Below are positions 28,830 to 42,313 of a stretch of DNA of 64,000 nt, piece after piece. Every line of letters begins with the position of its first letter. Position 1 is the first letter of the stretch. The notes below the pieces were generated by a model. The model was not told the DNA's origin. It worked only from the letters and a program-made list of their open reading frames with translations, and ran no database searches. The DNA comes from Paraspadella gotoi. Its lineage: Eukaryota; Animalia; Chaetognatha. The stretch spans positions 11,027,142-11,091,141 of the forward strand of contig CM119266.1 in NCBI GenBank assembly GCA_051294375.1. The letters are read 5' to 3'. The position numbers and the translations under genes are program-made.

Positions 28830-30363
28830 GGAAATGATGGCGGTGGAAGAGGAAAAAGGGGTGGGGTGGGTAGAATGTAGCGATAGAAGCGGGGGCGGAG
28901 AAAGTCGAGAGTGTTTACTTGTAGTAGAGTAGGGAAAGAGGAAGAAAAGAGAAAAAGGGGGATAAATGGAGTGAGATGGAAAAAAGAATCATTCAAAATT
29001 TCGTGTTTGCGTGGAGACGAAAGATAAAAGAGAAAAAAAAAAGGAGACACAAAATTCGAGGGAGGAAAAAAGGAGAGAGAGAGGAAGAGCAAAGAAGCAA
29101 GAGCGAGAGCGAGATAAAATAATATAGTCGAGTTCTCTCTCTCCCCCATTTTTCGGCCGGCCGCCCCCCCTCATCATATCTAAGCCTTCATTAACACACG
29201 CATCGCTCCAAAATATCTCTCTTCTGTCAAATAAAACCATTCGGGAACGCTCTCTTCTCTCTCTCATTCTCTCTCTCTCTCTGCCTCATCTCGGTCTCTT
29301 CCTCTCTCATCTTGCTCTCTCTCTCTCCTCTCTCACTCCTCTCTCTCTCTGCCGCCCGAAGGAAGAGTGACGCTCGTGGGTGGGCAGTGGGTACGGGGGT
29401 GGAGATACAGAGCGTGGGGAGAAAAAATCAAAGCTCGGGGAAAAAAAGCGAAAAAGCAAACAATGATTTTTGGATGAAAGACCTCGAAACAAAAGGGAAT
29501 CGTTCGCGGATGGAGATTATTATTATTATTCCTTTTTTTTTTGTATTTAACTGACAGAAAAAAAAGGAAGGATCAACTTTTCCGGATTTATTGGTATTTC
29601 CGACATTAATCAACGTAGGATTAAACGAACTAAATTTACATATGGTTAACAAATGTTTTCGTCACAAATTTGACAACTGTTCTAAAGATTAAACTTTTTG
29701 CAAGCTAATTGAATCTGATCCTAAAAATAAAAAATTCTGAAAAAAAATTTTAGCCTTTCCTATTTATAAATAAATATTAAAAAATTAATATATGGTGTAT
29801 AGAGTAATATTAAAAATGTTTTGTCTATTAAATTTCTTAACCACCTTACTGAGTTAGGCTATCCCTCGCTAAAGTACTTTAATTTGCAAGAATGCATCAC
29901 GATTAAATTAATTAGAAACAATTAACTTCAAAATTTCACAATAACCTCCAAACAGAAATTCTGACATACCATAAAAAGTGCAACTATACTAATGCACTTA
30001 AACCTGTGCCTCGTGGAAATCAATACAATTGTGCACTGAAAGAAAGACGGCTTTGCGTATTTCCTCGCCATCTTTCAAGACTCAACTCGCGTGGGCGGAG
30101 ACGGACGGATGGACGGACATACGGTCACACGGACAAACAGTCGCGCACTGAGGGAAAAGGAAAAATATTCATCAGAGAAACAGAAAAGGAAAAAAAAAAG
30201 AGAAAAGGGAAGAAAGAGAAAAGAGGAAAAAAAAAAACGGGAGAAGATTGGCGATAACTATCTTTGCTGGTCTCCATGTGTTGGCATCTTGAAACGCTCG
30301 TTGGTGTTGACGTGATGGAGAGAAAAAATCCGAGAGCGAGAGTGAAAGAAGGAAAAAATAGTG
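24988..30363 (+). repeat. Copy 2 of the ~5.26 kb direct tandem duplication
   Basis: Begins cggtgactcggggacgtgagtcgagtcgtaaataatcccagcgg. Contains N gaps where copy 1 has sequence. Ends gaaaaaatagtg like copy 1. Confidence 0.9.
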
Positions 30364-32938
30364 GATGGAAAACGTTTTTTCTTCATTTCCTTTTCCCTCT
30401 TCTCGACCAATCGGCGTGCGAGAGGATGGAGGCTCGACCAATCACGAGTCGAGAAGACAGATTGCAGATGGAACGAATCGCCGAGGNNNNNNNNNNNNNN
30501 NNNNNNNNNNNTAAAACTTATTGGTTGAAAGAGTTTGTATTTACAAATTTGAGAGTTTTTTTTGAATTTTTAAGTTTGGAGAAGTTTATATTTACAAATT
30601 TGCACAGTTTATTGAAACAGTTTGTATTTTATAGTAAAAACAGTACGTGAGAAAGCAGAGGTGTTCGAGTGTGGCCTAACGCATCTTGCATCGAAAAGAG
30701 AATGACGAAAGACACCGATCATCTGAGATCATCCGAACTGTGTAAAATCCCGTTGTAATGATCGCCAGGGGCTATACAAGAGAACCCCTGTCTTAACACT
30801 TGGGAAGTAGGTAATATCAAGCGGACGGATGAATCTCGGAAATCTGGAGTGAAAGGATTTTTGGGTACCGCGGATTTGAGAAGCTGGGGTGAGCACCGAG
30901 CTAATGTAGAGGCGGACTTGCAGATAGAACGATGGAGTCGTGCCACACGAGGGGGAGGGCTAGCCTTAGACCCGGCCCCTCCGACTTCTTAAAGCTGGAT
31001 CTTCTGTTGAGCTGGTAGCCAATGAGTGGAGGGCATCTGGGGAGCAATTATGTACTCTGATACTTCTTACCTATGTTAGATCTTCTATTTTGGCGCCAGG
31101 TAAATTTAAATTTCAGACAGCATACATGGATTATGCCATGTAGGAAAGAGGTGATGCTTTGTGATCTTTGTGGTGTTGAGCCGTGAAAGATTGGCATATT
31201 TTGACTCACTGCGAGTGGTTGTAAGACTATGGGAGAAATTGAGTGTGACACTGTTCAAATTTGATGATAGCAAGTAGATAACCGATGAGATGAGCTTAGG
31301 CTTAATGGGACAAGGGGTTAAAGTGAGGTTAAGTAATAAATTAGGATTTATTTTAAGATCTGTATATTCAAGATGAGAGCACAGAGGAATTAGGATGTTG
31401 AGTCGGCGTTGAAAAGACTGTGTAAAAATATTTGTTATTCATTTGAAAAAGGATTAGAACAAGATTATTGGGTGCAAATTAAGTGGCCAGATTGGAAGTT
31501 TTAAAAAAAAGAATCTATTGGTAATGTACTGGTACATTAAATGATGATGGGACTGTAGAGTGGGGAAACTTATTAAATGGTTACTTTAACACATTGTAAT
31601 TATAAATTTTTGGGTATATGTTATACACTAAGCATTAATACTTCTAATGACGTTTTTATAAAAATAAAACCATGACGTTTTACGTTTTTCGTTTACATTT
31701 ACGCATAAACACTTTTTATACTAGACATTTTTTGTTTTTTACTTTAAACACTTTTTTTACTTTTTCCGGTTTTACGATTTAAAATTATTTTAAAAAATCC
31801 TAGTTTGCCCTTTACTTTAACACATATAATTATCATTTTAGGTATATTTCATTTATGCTTTATATTTTTCTTTGTTCTTTTTTCATAATTTTTTTTTTGT
31901 TTTTACTTTTATTACTTGTTTTTTCGTTATGCTTTATATTTTTTTTTGTTTTTGTTTTTTGTCTTGATCCATTTAAACGTTTGTGTCTTTTGTTTTTGAT
32001 TTTTTTTTTTTTTTTAAAAAATTGAATTTTGAAACGTTCTTGAACATTATATTAGGGCTGCGCATGCGTTCGATCGAAGTTCTGATCAAGATTCCTTTAT
32101 ATTTTACTTCTATCAAAACTGCATAGTCAAGGCCCATATAATTATATCAATATGGGTAGATTTCGAAAGCTTTAGCGTCTTGGGAAGGCCAACGGAGGTA
32201 GAGCGCGATCGAAATTCCCATTTTATCATGCCCAATAAATGGTATTTAAATGAACTGGTCCAGACCGTTTTCCCTTTTCCCAAAAAACCTGCTTGATCTT
32301 TTGTAAAATAGAACAAAACATACTTATCAGTATGTTGTTCGGATAGCTTATTGTCTTCTCTACTAGATAAAAAAAAGAAAGTTTAATTCTTGCAATCTTG
32401 ATGCTTGATGAGCAATCAAATGAACTGGTTTTTTATTTGAAAACATGCATAGTCAAGCCCTTCAATTTTTTTTTAGTTCTGAAGACCATCGAAGAAACTA
32501 TATTGTTTTTACTATCTGTTTCAGGTAGAGCGCGGGGGTAAATTTAGAGAGTTTATATTAAATTTAGAGCAAATAGAAAGGATATCAAGTTTTTGCACGC
32601 TAAAAGGCCTTTTTTAAGCGCGTTCCGGTTTGTATTGAAAATGGTTGACGTAGGTTATCCAATGAGGACATCAATTAAAAATAAGCATTGATCATAGCGC
32701 GATCCGGGCCAGATAATACCATATTTCAACATGCTTATACCGTATTTTTACGTTTTAGAACTCAGTCTGATGAAATGTTTGAATTTCACGGCCTGTGATA
32801 TTGGCGTTCTAGGCAGTCGTTTGTCCCTTGTTAGTCTTTTATCTTATCCTCTTGAAGAGACATTAATTATTGTTTATGTGATAGTGACAAAACCGTTCAA
32901 TAAAATCTTAAAAGCAATAGGGATCGAGCCTACTTTTA

Positions 32939-33157
32939 ATGATAACCAAATATTGATGCGATGATAACCAAATATTGATGCGAATGATAACCAAATATTG
33001 ATGCGAAGATAACCGAAGGATTGATGCGATGATAACCAAATGATGGATGCGATGATAGTCATTCATTGATGTGATGATAATCATTCATTGATGCGATGAT
33101 AGTCCTTCATGATCGGATGATAATCATCATTGATGCGATGATAGTCCATTCATTGAC
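32939..33157 (+). repeat. ~22-bp minisatellite (ATGATAACCAAATATTGATGCG grading to ATGATAGTCATTCATTGATGCG), ~10 copies
   Basis: Tandem units seen directly, immediately abutting the palindromic satellite. Confidence 0.9.
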
Positions 33158-33160
33158 GTG

Positions 33161-33765
33161 ACTTTGAAAAAAGTATGCATATTTTAAAAAAAAAGTATGC
33201 ATACTTCAACAAAGTATGCATACTTGAAAAAGTATGCCTTTTTTCAAAGTTTGCATACTTTTTCAATGTATGCATACTTTTTTCCAAAGATGCATACTTT
33301 TTTCAAAGTATGCAACTTTTTTCAAAGTATGCATACTTTTTTGAAGTATGCATACTTTTTTAAATATGCATACTTTTTTCAAAAGTATGCTTACTTTTTT
33401 CAAAGTATGCATACTTTTTTCAAAGTATGCCATACTTTTTGAAGTCTGCATACTTTTTTTTAAAATATGCATACTTTTTTCAAAAGTATGCATACTTTTT
33501 TCAAGTAGCATACTTTTTTCAAAGTATGCATACTTTTTTCAAGTATGCATACTTTTTTGAAGTATGATACTTTTTTTAAAATATGCTTATTTTTTAAAAG
33601 TATGCATACTTTTTTGAAGTATGCAACTTTTTTAAAAATATGCATACTTTTTTTTTAAAGTATGCATACTTTTTTCACTTGGCATACTTTTTCAACCTTG
33701 CATATCTTTTTTCAACTTGCATCTCTTTTCAACTTGCCATATCTTTTTCAACTTGCATACTTTTT
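33161..33765. repeat. Minisatellite of ~20-21 bp with palindromic core AAAGTATGCATACTTT (~30 copies), decaying into a ~17-bp TTTTTTCAACTTGCATA variant
   Basis: Repeated caaagtatgcatacttttttt units seen directly. Confidence 0.95.
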
Positions 33766-34377
33766 AACTGATTACCGCTAATTATCTTAGTCAAATCGAC
33801 ATTGTTTGCTCAAACTTGTTTATAATAAAATAAGCCGGATTCAGATATGACAAATTTTAAATATTAAACTATCGTCATCATCATTAGTTTAATTAATTTT
33901 TATTCATTGCATCAATTTACTTACCATTATCAATCATATCTTTTAATTATAGTTTTATTGCTATCATATTAAATCTGTTATCATAAAATTAAAATGATTC
34001 AAAAATGAAAAATTAATCGTGAAGTGACGATAGTGAATTCTTAATCTTGAATTAACGATATTAAATTGAGTTAATTTAATAGTAGTTTTGCTGTAGATCA
34101 GTCAATATACTTTCATTTTTTTACTTCTTTGGCTCTCTTGTCTTTTCCCTTTTTATTCTGTTATAATTATGTTATTTTTGTGATTAATTTGTAAGGATTC
34201 CTTTTTTCCGGGCTTCGCTGTATTCTATTTTCTCTATGAGGCCCGGTTCGTCGCATATCGATATTATCGGTTTAAAGCTTAGTACTACGGTAGTTCAAAT
34301 CCTTATTGGATCAAAACGAGTTCGATTTTAAGCGAAAGGTTGATCGATTTGAAGGCGATTTCGCCGACTGTTTTATT

Positions 34378-34466
34378 GCCATAACTTTTGAACGGATTAT
34401 CCGATTTTTATGGAAATTTTGCATATAGATAGTATTTTAAATTCCTATCGATCGGTACAAATTTTT
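34378..34466 (+). mobile_element. Possible fragment of a non-autonomous DNA transposon / MITE
   Basis: gccataacttttgaacggattatccgatttttatggaaattttg resembles a subterminal motif common in invertebrate MITE/DINE-like elements (from recollection, no database search). Element ends not identified. Confidence 0.35.
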
Positions 34467-37400
34467 TAAATACAATTTAGAAACGATGCACATCCCCATT
34501 ATATTTTATGTTTCTTATGAATTAGTCATACATTTTATTTATGAGTCAATTTAAACGTTAGTGTCTTTTTTTTCTGTGAATTTTAATAGTTTAGTTTTAC
34601 TTGTTTACTGCTTTCTAGTTTTTTACACTGATACTGTTTTGTCAAATGTTTTTGGTATTAATAAAAAAAAACAAAAAAAAACAAAAAAAGAATCCGGATA
34701 ACCGCGCGACAAGCGAACGGATCTTGGTAAGGTTGTCGCCTTACAAGGCCGACCAAGTCCAAGCAGAGACCAAGCCTTTTGCTTCGTGGAAAATCTGGGT
34801 TGAAGATCACAGATAAAAATATTTTGTGAAAGGAACAATATAGCTTCACAGTCAAGCTGAACCAACGGCTATCATGAAGCGTGACTGCTGACGGACGGGT
34901 TTTGCTCACGAATCCACAGTGCCTCAGAGTCAAACCCGATAGACAATGGTTAATGAAGCGACACTCCAGAGAAAGAGTGTTAGAACTGTCGACCACTATG
35001 GGTGTTCTCCACACGAAGATGGATAGGACGATGCACCACTGTTAGAGGGTGATTGTTGTGGCGATGCCAGCGGCGCCGGCCGGGCTGAGAAGCACGAGAC
35101 CCTCTAACGTATGAACCACAATGTCAGTAACCACACGGCGGACGGTCGACCACAATGTTGCCCACAGTATAGGATCTTGCGAATATGAATACACAAGAGA
35201 CGGACCGCCCACTAGATTAGGACACACACTCGAACACGTACTTTCTATGATAATTAATACACGATGTCACATGGCTGAAAGGGAAAACAATAATATAAAT
35301 AGACATGAATCAAATGAGAACAACTGTTTATTAATAACATGCATCGGTGAAGTCCAGAGTCTTCAGAGTTGTTCATGATATTGTCTCCATCACAACCCTC
35401 GGCCTGGGGAGGGAAAGAAATTCGTGGGAGAAAAAACCATAGGTATTTCCACTCTACAGCTATCGCACGCAATCTATCGCGCTTCAAGGTGGGAGCACAT
35501 GAAGGCAACACCTTCATCCCTCCCTCCCTCTCCGCTCACAACAAAAAAGACTCACTGACCGCCTCACTCCCTCACTCTCGCCTCTCACGAGACCTCCCTC
35601 CCTCCTCTCAACACACGAATCCTCCTTCCGCCACCTTCTCTTCTCTGCTAATAGCTATCACAGAGCCATCTCCTCCCTCTCTCCTCTCTCTATTTAAGAG
35701 TAACACACACCGTTCTTTACTATCTCTAAGAACTTATAGTGCCTCGCTATGCTGGTTTACTTACTTTATTACCTGATGAAGAGACTAGCTCAGAAACCTT
35801 GCACTTTGGCTAGATTCCCGAGTATTCCCCAGAGCATTAGACTGCCAGTAGTCAATATAAAGTAATTGGTCTACCCACAAGGTTGTCAACTCGTGATTCT
35901 CACGAGGTTCCCGTTAGTGTTTATCAATATTAAATAATTTCATCATAAACTCAATCCGTGGATGAGGAAATTCGTGACGAGACGTTAATCAACCAATGAA
36001 GCTTAAAGTCAATTTAGCGCACATCCTGCGAGGGTTGTGATACACGTTCTTGTTTTGATACAAAAAAAATCCTAATGAATTTTTTCCTTTAGTATTTGAG
36101 TTTTTATTAATAATTTGCTAGCATGATTTAAAACTAAATTAATTATTTTAAAAAGGTATATTTTGTGTGAGACCAGGAACATCTGTTAAACGATGTAAAG
36201 GTAAATAACAAGGATAAGGAATAACAGATAATGAGTAAAAAATATTAAACCTTTCGCTACGAAAGAAAGGTATAATTTTAGACCAAGGCCTCAATTATAC
36301 AAAGTAACTAAACTTAACATTTGAAGAGCTTATGCCTACAAATACAGAGAGTAGGGAGATTATAAGTACAGTATATATATATATAAACACATAAGTAAGA
36401 TTAACTAGAATAGATAGCATATAATAAATAATAAATAATATATAATATAATAGATGTAAAAAGTTGGAAGATGAGTGAATAATAACATAGAAAGAAATGA
36501 ATAGTATTAGAAAACAAGGTTTATTTGAAATATTGAGTTATAAAACAAACACATTGCTTTTGAGAGGAGAGAGTTTTGAATGTTGTTATGAAGATAAGGA
36601 CTCTGGTTGTTTATTGAATTAAATATTTGCGATACGATTTTTTGACCCGCTTAGAATAGATTTTATTAATAGTCATTTTTTGAGATGTAGATCTCGGAAT
36701 TGGTCGAGTGTCCTTTTTGCTCTGTTCCTTACCAATAAGTTATAAAAAGAGACAGTACTTTACGCTTAAAAAATAGCTGGTGAGCGATATCAATTTTACC
36801 AATGATTCGAATGACAGTTAGTTTAGAATTTAAAATGTTATAAATTCTCTGCAATTTTATGATTAAGTCTTAAATGTTATCGCACTATTTTTTAAGAAAA
36901 GTTTCTCTTGTTTTATGCTTGAATGATAGATGAGTACTTGCTTCCATGATTACCGCCTCCACGCTATTTGAGACTCTACTAACCAATAAATATTAAGTGA
37001 TAAGATTGATGAGAGTTACCGTTAGCAAATTTTCTATAAAAGAAATAGCAAGCGCCAGGAAATACTAGCTCGTAGGATCACGTAGAGCATCCTCAAGGCC
37101 AAGGGTGATTCGACTCTGTAGATTGAAGAGAGAGAGAGAAGAAAGAGAGATAGATGGTTGTCCAACAAAAGATAAGAAAAATAATATAGTAAAAGTTTGG
37201 AAGCCAAATGGTGAAAGTGGAAATTATTGTCGCACAATTAGAGTAGAATAGTATTGAGTTGCCTTCACCGTTTCTGTTATTGTTTTAATTAATAAATATT
37301 GATACAAAGAGGATTTCCGAATTTGCTTTATATACTAGTTTAAAATGGCCATTACACAGGCAGTAAAAGCATTTGATTTGTTTTTGTACAAGTGCAAATT

Positions 37401-38743
37401 TACTAAAATCTTGTTACAAAATATGAACGTCCATAACCATTCAACAGTATGGAGAGCAACTGCCAGACAGTGATATCATAAGTTGAATGCTGTTTGGATC
37501 AGGATTAAATCTTTGGGACAATGCATTAATCACCTACTCGAAGATGTCAATCTGAGGCCCGCTGCACGCTGTCAAGAAGCTCTTTCAGCCTGACAGGCTC
37601 TCAAGTGATGCAGTCGGAGACTCGTTATTGGATTGTTATTGCAACGGATTGCGACTTGTGCTTTACTCCATATCCATAGTATTCGTGTATTGAGGGTGGG
37701 CCGGTTCGTGAGAGATGAACTAAAGTTGCTCAGTACAGCGCTTGGACACTTCTTTTGCCTTCCTTAACTCTAGTCTCTTCTCGACTTATCCCGATCCACT
37801 CTCCATTCGATGCCTGTATCCTTGCTTAAAAACCTTTGATACTCTCTTCCCGCACGCTCTGATTACTAATGAAAGACAGCTTCCTGCAGTGATATGTCAT
37901 TTAAACTTAATTCCCATTATTTTATATAATATTTATAATTATTTCATATTATTTATGTAAATTATTATGTATTAGCCATTAGTAGAATTATATTATTATT
38001 TCAATTATTTTAGTTATTTATTTTTTAGAACAAAAATTAGAAATGATGGAGATTTAAGTCGTCTTTTGAATCAAGGCATAGATTAGAGGGGCGTTTACGC
38101 CACAGCTCTTCCCATCCCCCGTCGTCCCCTCCTACCCTGCATCCCCTCGGTAGTCCCTTCCTCCTCATCCGCCCTCCTCCTCACCCTCGGCAACGCACTC
38201 GGCCGGGCCCAAGGAGTCACTCTATCAGCGTAAGTCGTGCCGAGGGAGGTCTGCGACGCCAGAGCTTCGTCGCTCAAACTTCCACAAGTGCGGTTGGCAC
38301 TAGAAATCCTTCCTCTCTCCTCCCCTCTTATTTCTGTACATAACCGTTCACTTTACTAACTTTAGACTTATTTATGACTCCATATTCTTTACTTACGCTC
38401 TTTTCCTGGATGAGAAGACCGGTTACGTATACTCTATCCTTTAGCTAGATACCTCACTCTTCCCCAGTGGCTGGACCCCAATCAGGCTCTTCCTATCGTC
38501 ATTCTCAATACTTCTCTCCCATCCTCGTCTCTCTCTCTCTCTCGTCTCTCTTCTCTATCTCTGTCTCGGGGACTCTCATGAAGCCAGAGAGAGTATGGCC
38601 AGAACCGCTCGCCAGAATACTAGGTCATGGAATCTAGAAGATGGCTGGCGCGAAAACACCATTGGCACACGGACAATTGAGTGGAGAGAGGAAAGAAAGA
38701 GGAGAAAGAGAGAGAAGCGGAGAGAGAGATGAGCATGAGAGGA

Positions 38744-38797
<54 letters not shown>

Positions 38798-40724
38798 GGG
38801 AAGGTGCTTTGTTGGTGGACGATGTGAAGGAAAATACGTCTTCGTCGATTAATCTGTTGACGAATTAACGGAGGCCCGAATCCTTAATTCATTTCGCGTG
38901 AATCGGGAATATAAAGCGAGGAAAAATGAGGAACGAACCAAAGAAACAACTGAGGAACGAAAGAAACGAAGGAACGATTACAAACAAAACAAGTGAACAA
39001 TCTCAGAAACGAAAAAAAGGAAAGCGTGGAACAAAAGGGTTGCTGATATCGATTTGACAACAACATGCCATTAATTAGACGATGATGTTATATAGGCTAC
39101 GCAAACATTAAATGTCGGACATAATCACAAAAAAATGATAAAATCAAAGAACAATGAACAGTTTTTTTAATTGAATTTTCGGTTGAATCGACGTCATTGG
39201 ATTACTGTTTCTGCATTGTTCACTATGTTCATAAATCCACGAATCACGTTTCAATTAGAAAATCTTTTTTGACTAATTAAGTCACAATCTGATACCTTTT
39301 TTTCCTTCCCGCCGCCAATGGAATTCTAATGAGATAAATATTCAGTGCTCAATAGTCAATACTCATCTTTTTTTTAAATCTCTACTTCACGGAAACTCGC
39401 TGTCTATAGATTAAGTCTGGATCTGAATGATTGATAGCGACGCCGGAGCCGAGAAACGCAGCCGGAGCAGCGGAGAGGGCGCCGCGGAGCCGCAGCACCA
39501 TAGATGCAGCGGCGGAGCTGTTGTTTAGACGGAATCGGGAAGACGTCATCGCACCTGAATCCAATTCATTCCCAACTTCATTCGCGATGGAAATAAAGAA
39601 AAGTTCCGGAGAAGATGAAAGAGCGAATTAAGTAGACGAGAGACACCTGACGGGAGAAAAATTTTTAAAATTCTCTCGAAACAAAAGAGCAAGGAAAAGT
39701 GGGGGAAAGAAATTAAAGAAAGCCTTCAAGAAAAGAGAAGAATCGAAAGAGAGATTGGGGAGAACCGAGCGACAAAGAGAGAGAGGGAGATGAAGAGAGA
39801 GAGGAGAGAAGAGGAGAGAAGAGAGAGATGAGAAGAAGAGAGATGGTAGAGAGTATCGACGCGCCACCAATTGAACTCGTAGGCAGAGAAGGAGAGAGAG
39901 AAAAAGCAGACTAGGTAGAATTGAGATCTAGAAAAACTCGATAAAGAGAGCTATAATTATAGCCTCAAAATTGGCAGGAACTTGGCAACTTCCGATTCCC
40001 ATTGCGGGGCCCAAACGGAGGCTTTTATGCGCTTCCAATGAGCCCGACGACTACTCTGCTCCTGCTCCGCGTCCTCAGTTTTCTCTGCTTTCTTCTTTTC
40101 TCTCTCTCTCTCTTCTCTCTCCTGTATCCTCTGCTCTCTCTCTCTGCTCTCTCATTCTTCTTGATCGATGACGGCCAAACTGATCGCACGTACTTCCTCA
40201 AATGATCCTGTTTTTAAGTGAGAAAGTAGAAGGAAGGCGAACGGGGGACAGGTAAATACCCGAAAAAGGGAAAAATGAAAGAAAGGAAAAGAAAGTAAGA
40301 AATTACAGAAGAGAGAGAAGCAAAGAGACGGAAGGAAAGGAGAAAACTAATTTGCCCCCTGCCAGAGCTATACCCTATGTGCAATATTCCAGGCGTTCGC
40401 CCTACTGATCAAATAATTAGAATTTTAAAGCCTCGGGGATACAATGTTTAAATTAGAGAGTCTCCGGGATACGAAGGCCGCGTGGCAGAGATTTCATTAT
40501 CGCAGTTGTCGTCCTCGTTCTTTTTTGTTTCTTTTCGTTTTCTTAAAAATTATCTTGTTTTTTTTTTTTGGGGGGGGGTCTTCCTGCGGAATAGAATGAT
40601 CGCTCCGATTGGGTCAGTATCAGCGATGGAGTGTCTTCATTAAATGTTCGAGCACGATCGTCAACAAGACGTGTACGAGAGAGAGACTTTGGTCAACACT
40701 TGAAGAGAGAGAGATGAGAGAGAA

Positions 40725-40756
<32 letters not shown>

Positions 40757-41300
40757 CCACCCGAGAGAAGAGACGAGATGAGATGTCGATTTCTCTCGAA
40801 GATGGACACAAGAAGGGTCCATTCGGTTGATGGAGAACGGTAAATTCGGTCACGTTTCAACCCGTCGCGGACCTGTAATTATATTCCTTTTTCCTTTCCG
40901 CCCACATGACGCGGTCCTGAACAAATGGGAGGAATTCGTCGAGAAGATGTCACTCATAAATGCGAAAGGAGTGCTCCGTTGACAGAGAACAAAAGAGCGT
41001 CGACGCCACCCCTTGAAAATTCCGCGCGCGCCATCTTCCGGTCTCGGCGTCGAAATGTAGGGAGGAAAAGTGGGCGTGGCAAAGGCGGATGAAGAAAGGA
41101 AGAGAGAAAGAGAGTAGAGAGAGAGAGAGAGAGAGAGCAGTGAGCGAGAGAGAGAGGAGGGAAGAGAGCTTCTCTTCTCAGAAAAAAGGAACGAAGTCAT
41201 GCCGTCTTTTCATTATGTTCATGGTCAGTTAAAATCCGTTTAATCGTTGTTTTCACATTCCATTCATTCTTTCTTCAGCGGCGCAAAGAGTGTGGTGTCT

Positions 41301-41388
<88 letters not shown>

Positions 41389-41966
41389 CTTAAGAGTACG
41401 TTTCTTTAGTTCTTCACTGGTAGATTCAAACCTATAAATCTAAGACACGATCTTTCAATTTCTTACTAAACCAGTATTACGATCCGGTCAGAAAGCTTCC
41501 GTTACTACGGGCTATACAACCCGCGTAATATCTCAAGTCAACAGAGAAGCAGCTCAGCCGCCATTTTTCCTCAAAATTCACTAAAAAAAAAAAACATATA
41601 TTTTTTTCCGACGTCAAGTGACGTTCGTCTTTGGGAACAAAAAGAGACATTCGACTAAGAAGAGGAGATGAGAATTGCCAAAGTCTTCGCAGAGTTTCTT
41701 CATCTCCAGACGTTCACTCGCGCACCGGTGACATCCTAATCGTCTTCCCTTCCGTCTCCTCGAACTTTTTTTTATAGACGCACCCTTTGTTTACGCCATA
41801 ACGTCCGCTGGAGGGCGTCGAAAACGAGATTCAAAACAAGATTTAGACCGGCGAGCGGCTGTCGCGGCGGCGGCCTCGAACCCGGAATGCTGACGAGCGT
41901 GCTGCGGCGGCGGGGGCGGCTTATGCATCAGCGGCGGGTGGAGACGCCTTTTTTTGTTGTCAGGGA

Positions 41967-41981
41967 TGACGTCATTTCCGG
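41967..41981 (-). promoter_or_regulatory. Full CRE overlapping an ETS site (CCGGAAATGACGTCA)
   Basis: Plus strand TGACGTCATTTCCGG resembles the described ETS-CRE composite CGGAAGTGACGTCA. Motif match only. Confidence 0.3.
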
Positions 41982-42271
41982 CATCAAAATTCGTGTTGCG
42001 CCATCTGATGCGCGTGAAAAGAAGAGAGTGGAAAAAATAAATTCTAGAAAAAAAAAATTTGATCTGGCTCGAGGTGGTAGTTGAAGAAGAGAGGGAAAGA
42101 TAGGAAACTGTAAATAAGAATAAAGATATAGATAGAAAATAATAAAGCTAAAATCCAAACGAATAAGAAATACAAAAGAAAGCCAAAAATAAGGAAAAAA
42201 ATCAAGGAAACAATCCTCGCTAGGATTCGTTGTTTGGGTGTTGTGGCATTTTCGTTGTCTTCCTGTCGTTT

Positions 42272-42313
<42 letters not shown>

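Noticed and set aside
30920-30970. TRGGGLAL motif reminiscent of a LINE APE endonuclease
   Set aside because: Isolated short match flanked by stops; no other APE or RT motifs were seen.
33161-33765. CRISPR-like appearance of regularly repeated palindromes
   Set aside because: Units are directly tandem with no unique spacers, the context is eukaryotic, and there are no cas genes.
39382-39554. Minus-strand GC-rich ORF MTSSRFRLNNSSAAASMVLRL... after a TTCAG
   Set aside because: Weak polypyrimidine tract, no recognisable homology, and it lies in noisy sequence.
41715-41815. Minus-strand peptide ...VNKGCVYKKKFEE resembling the PCBP KH1 end (NKAF..ICKKFEE)
   Set aside because: Upstream residues do not match SGAKINISDGSCPERIVT, there is no donor after FEE, and the match rests on an A-run; likely chance.
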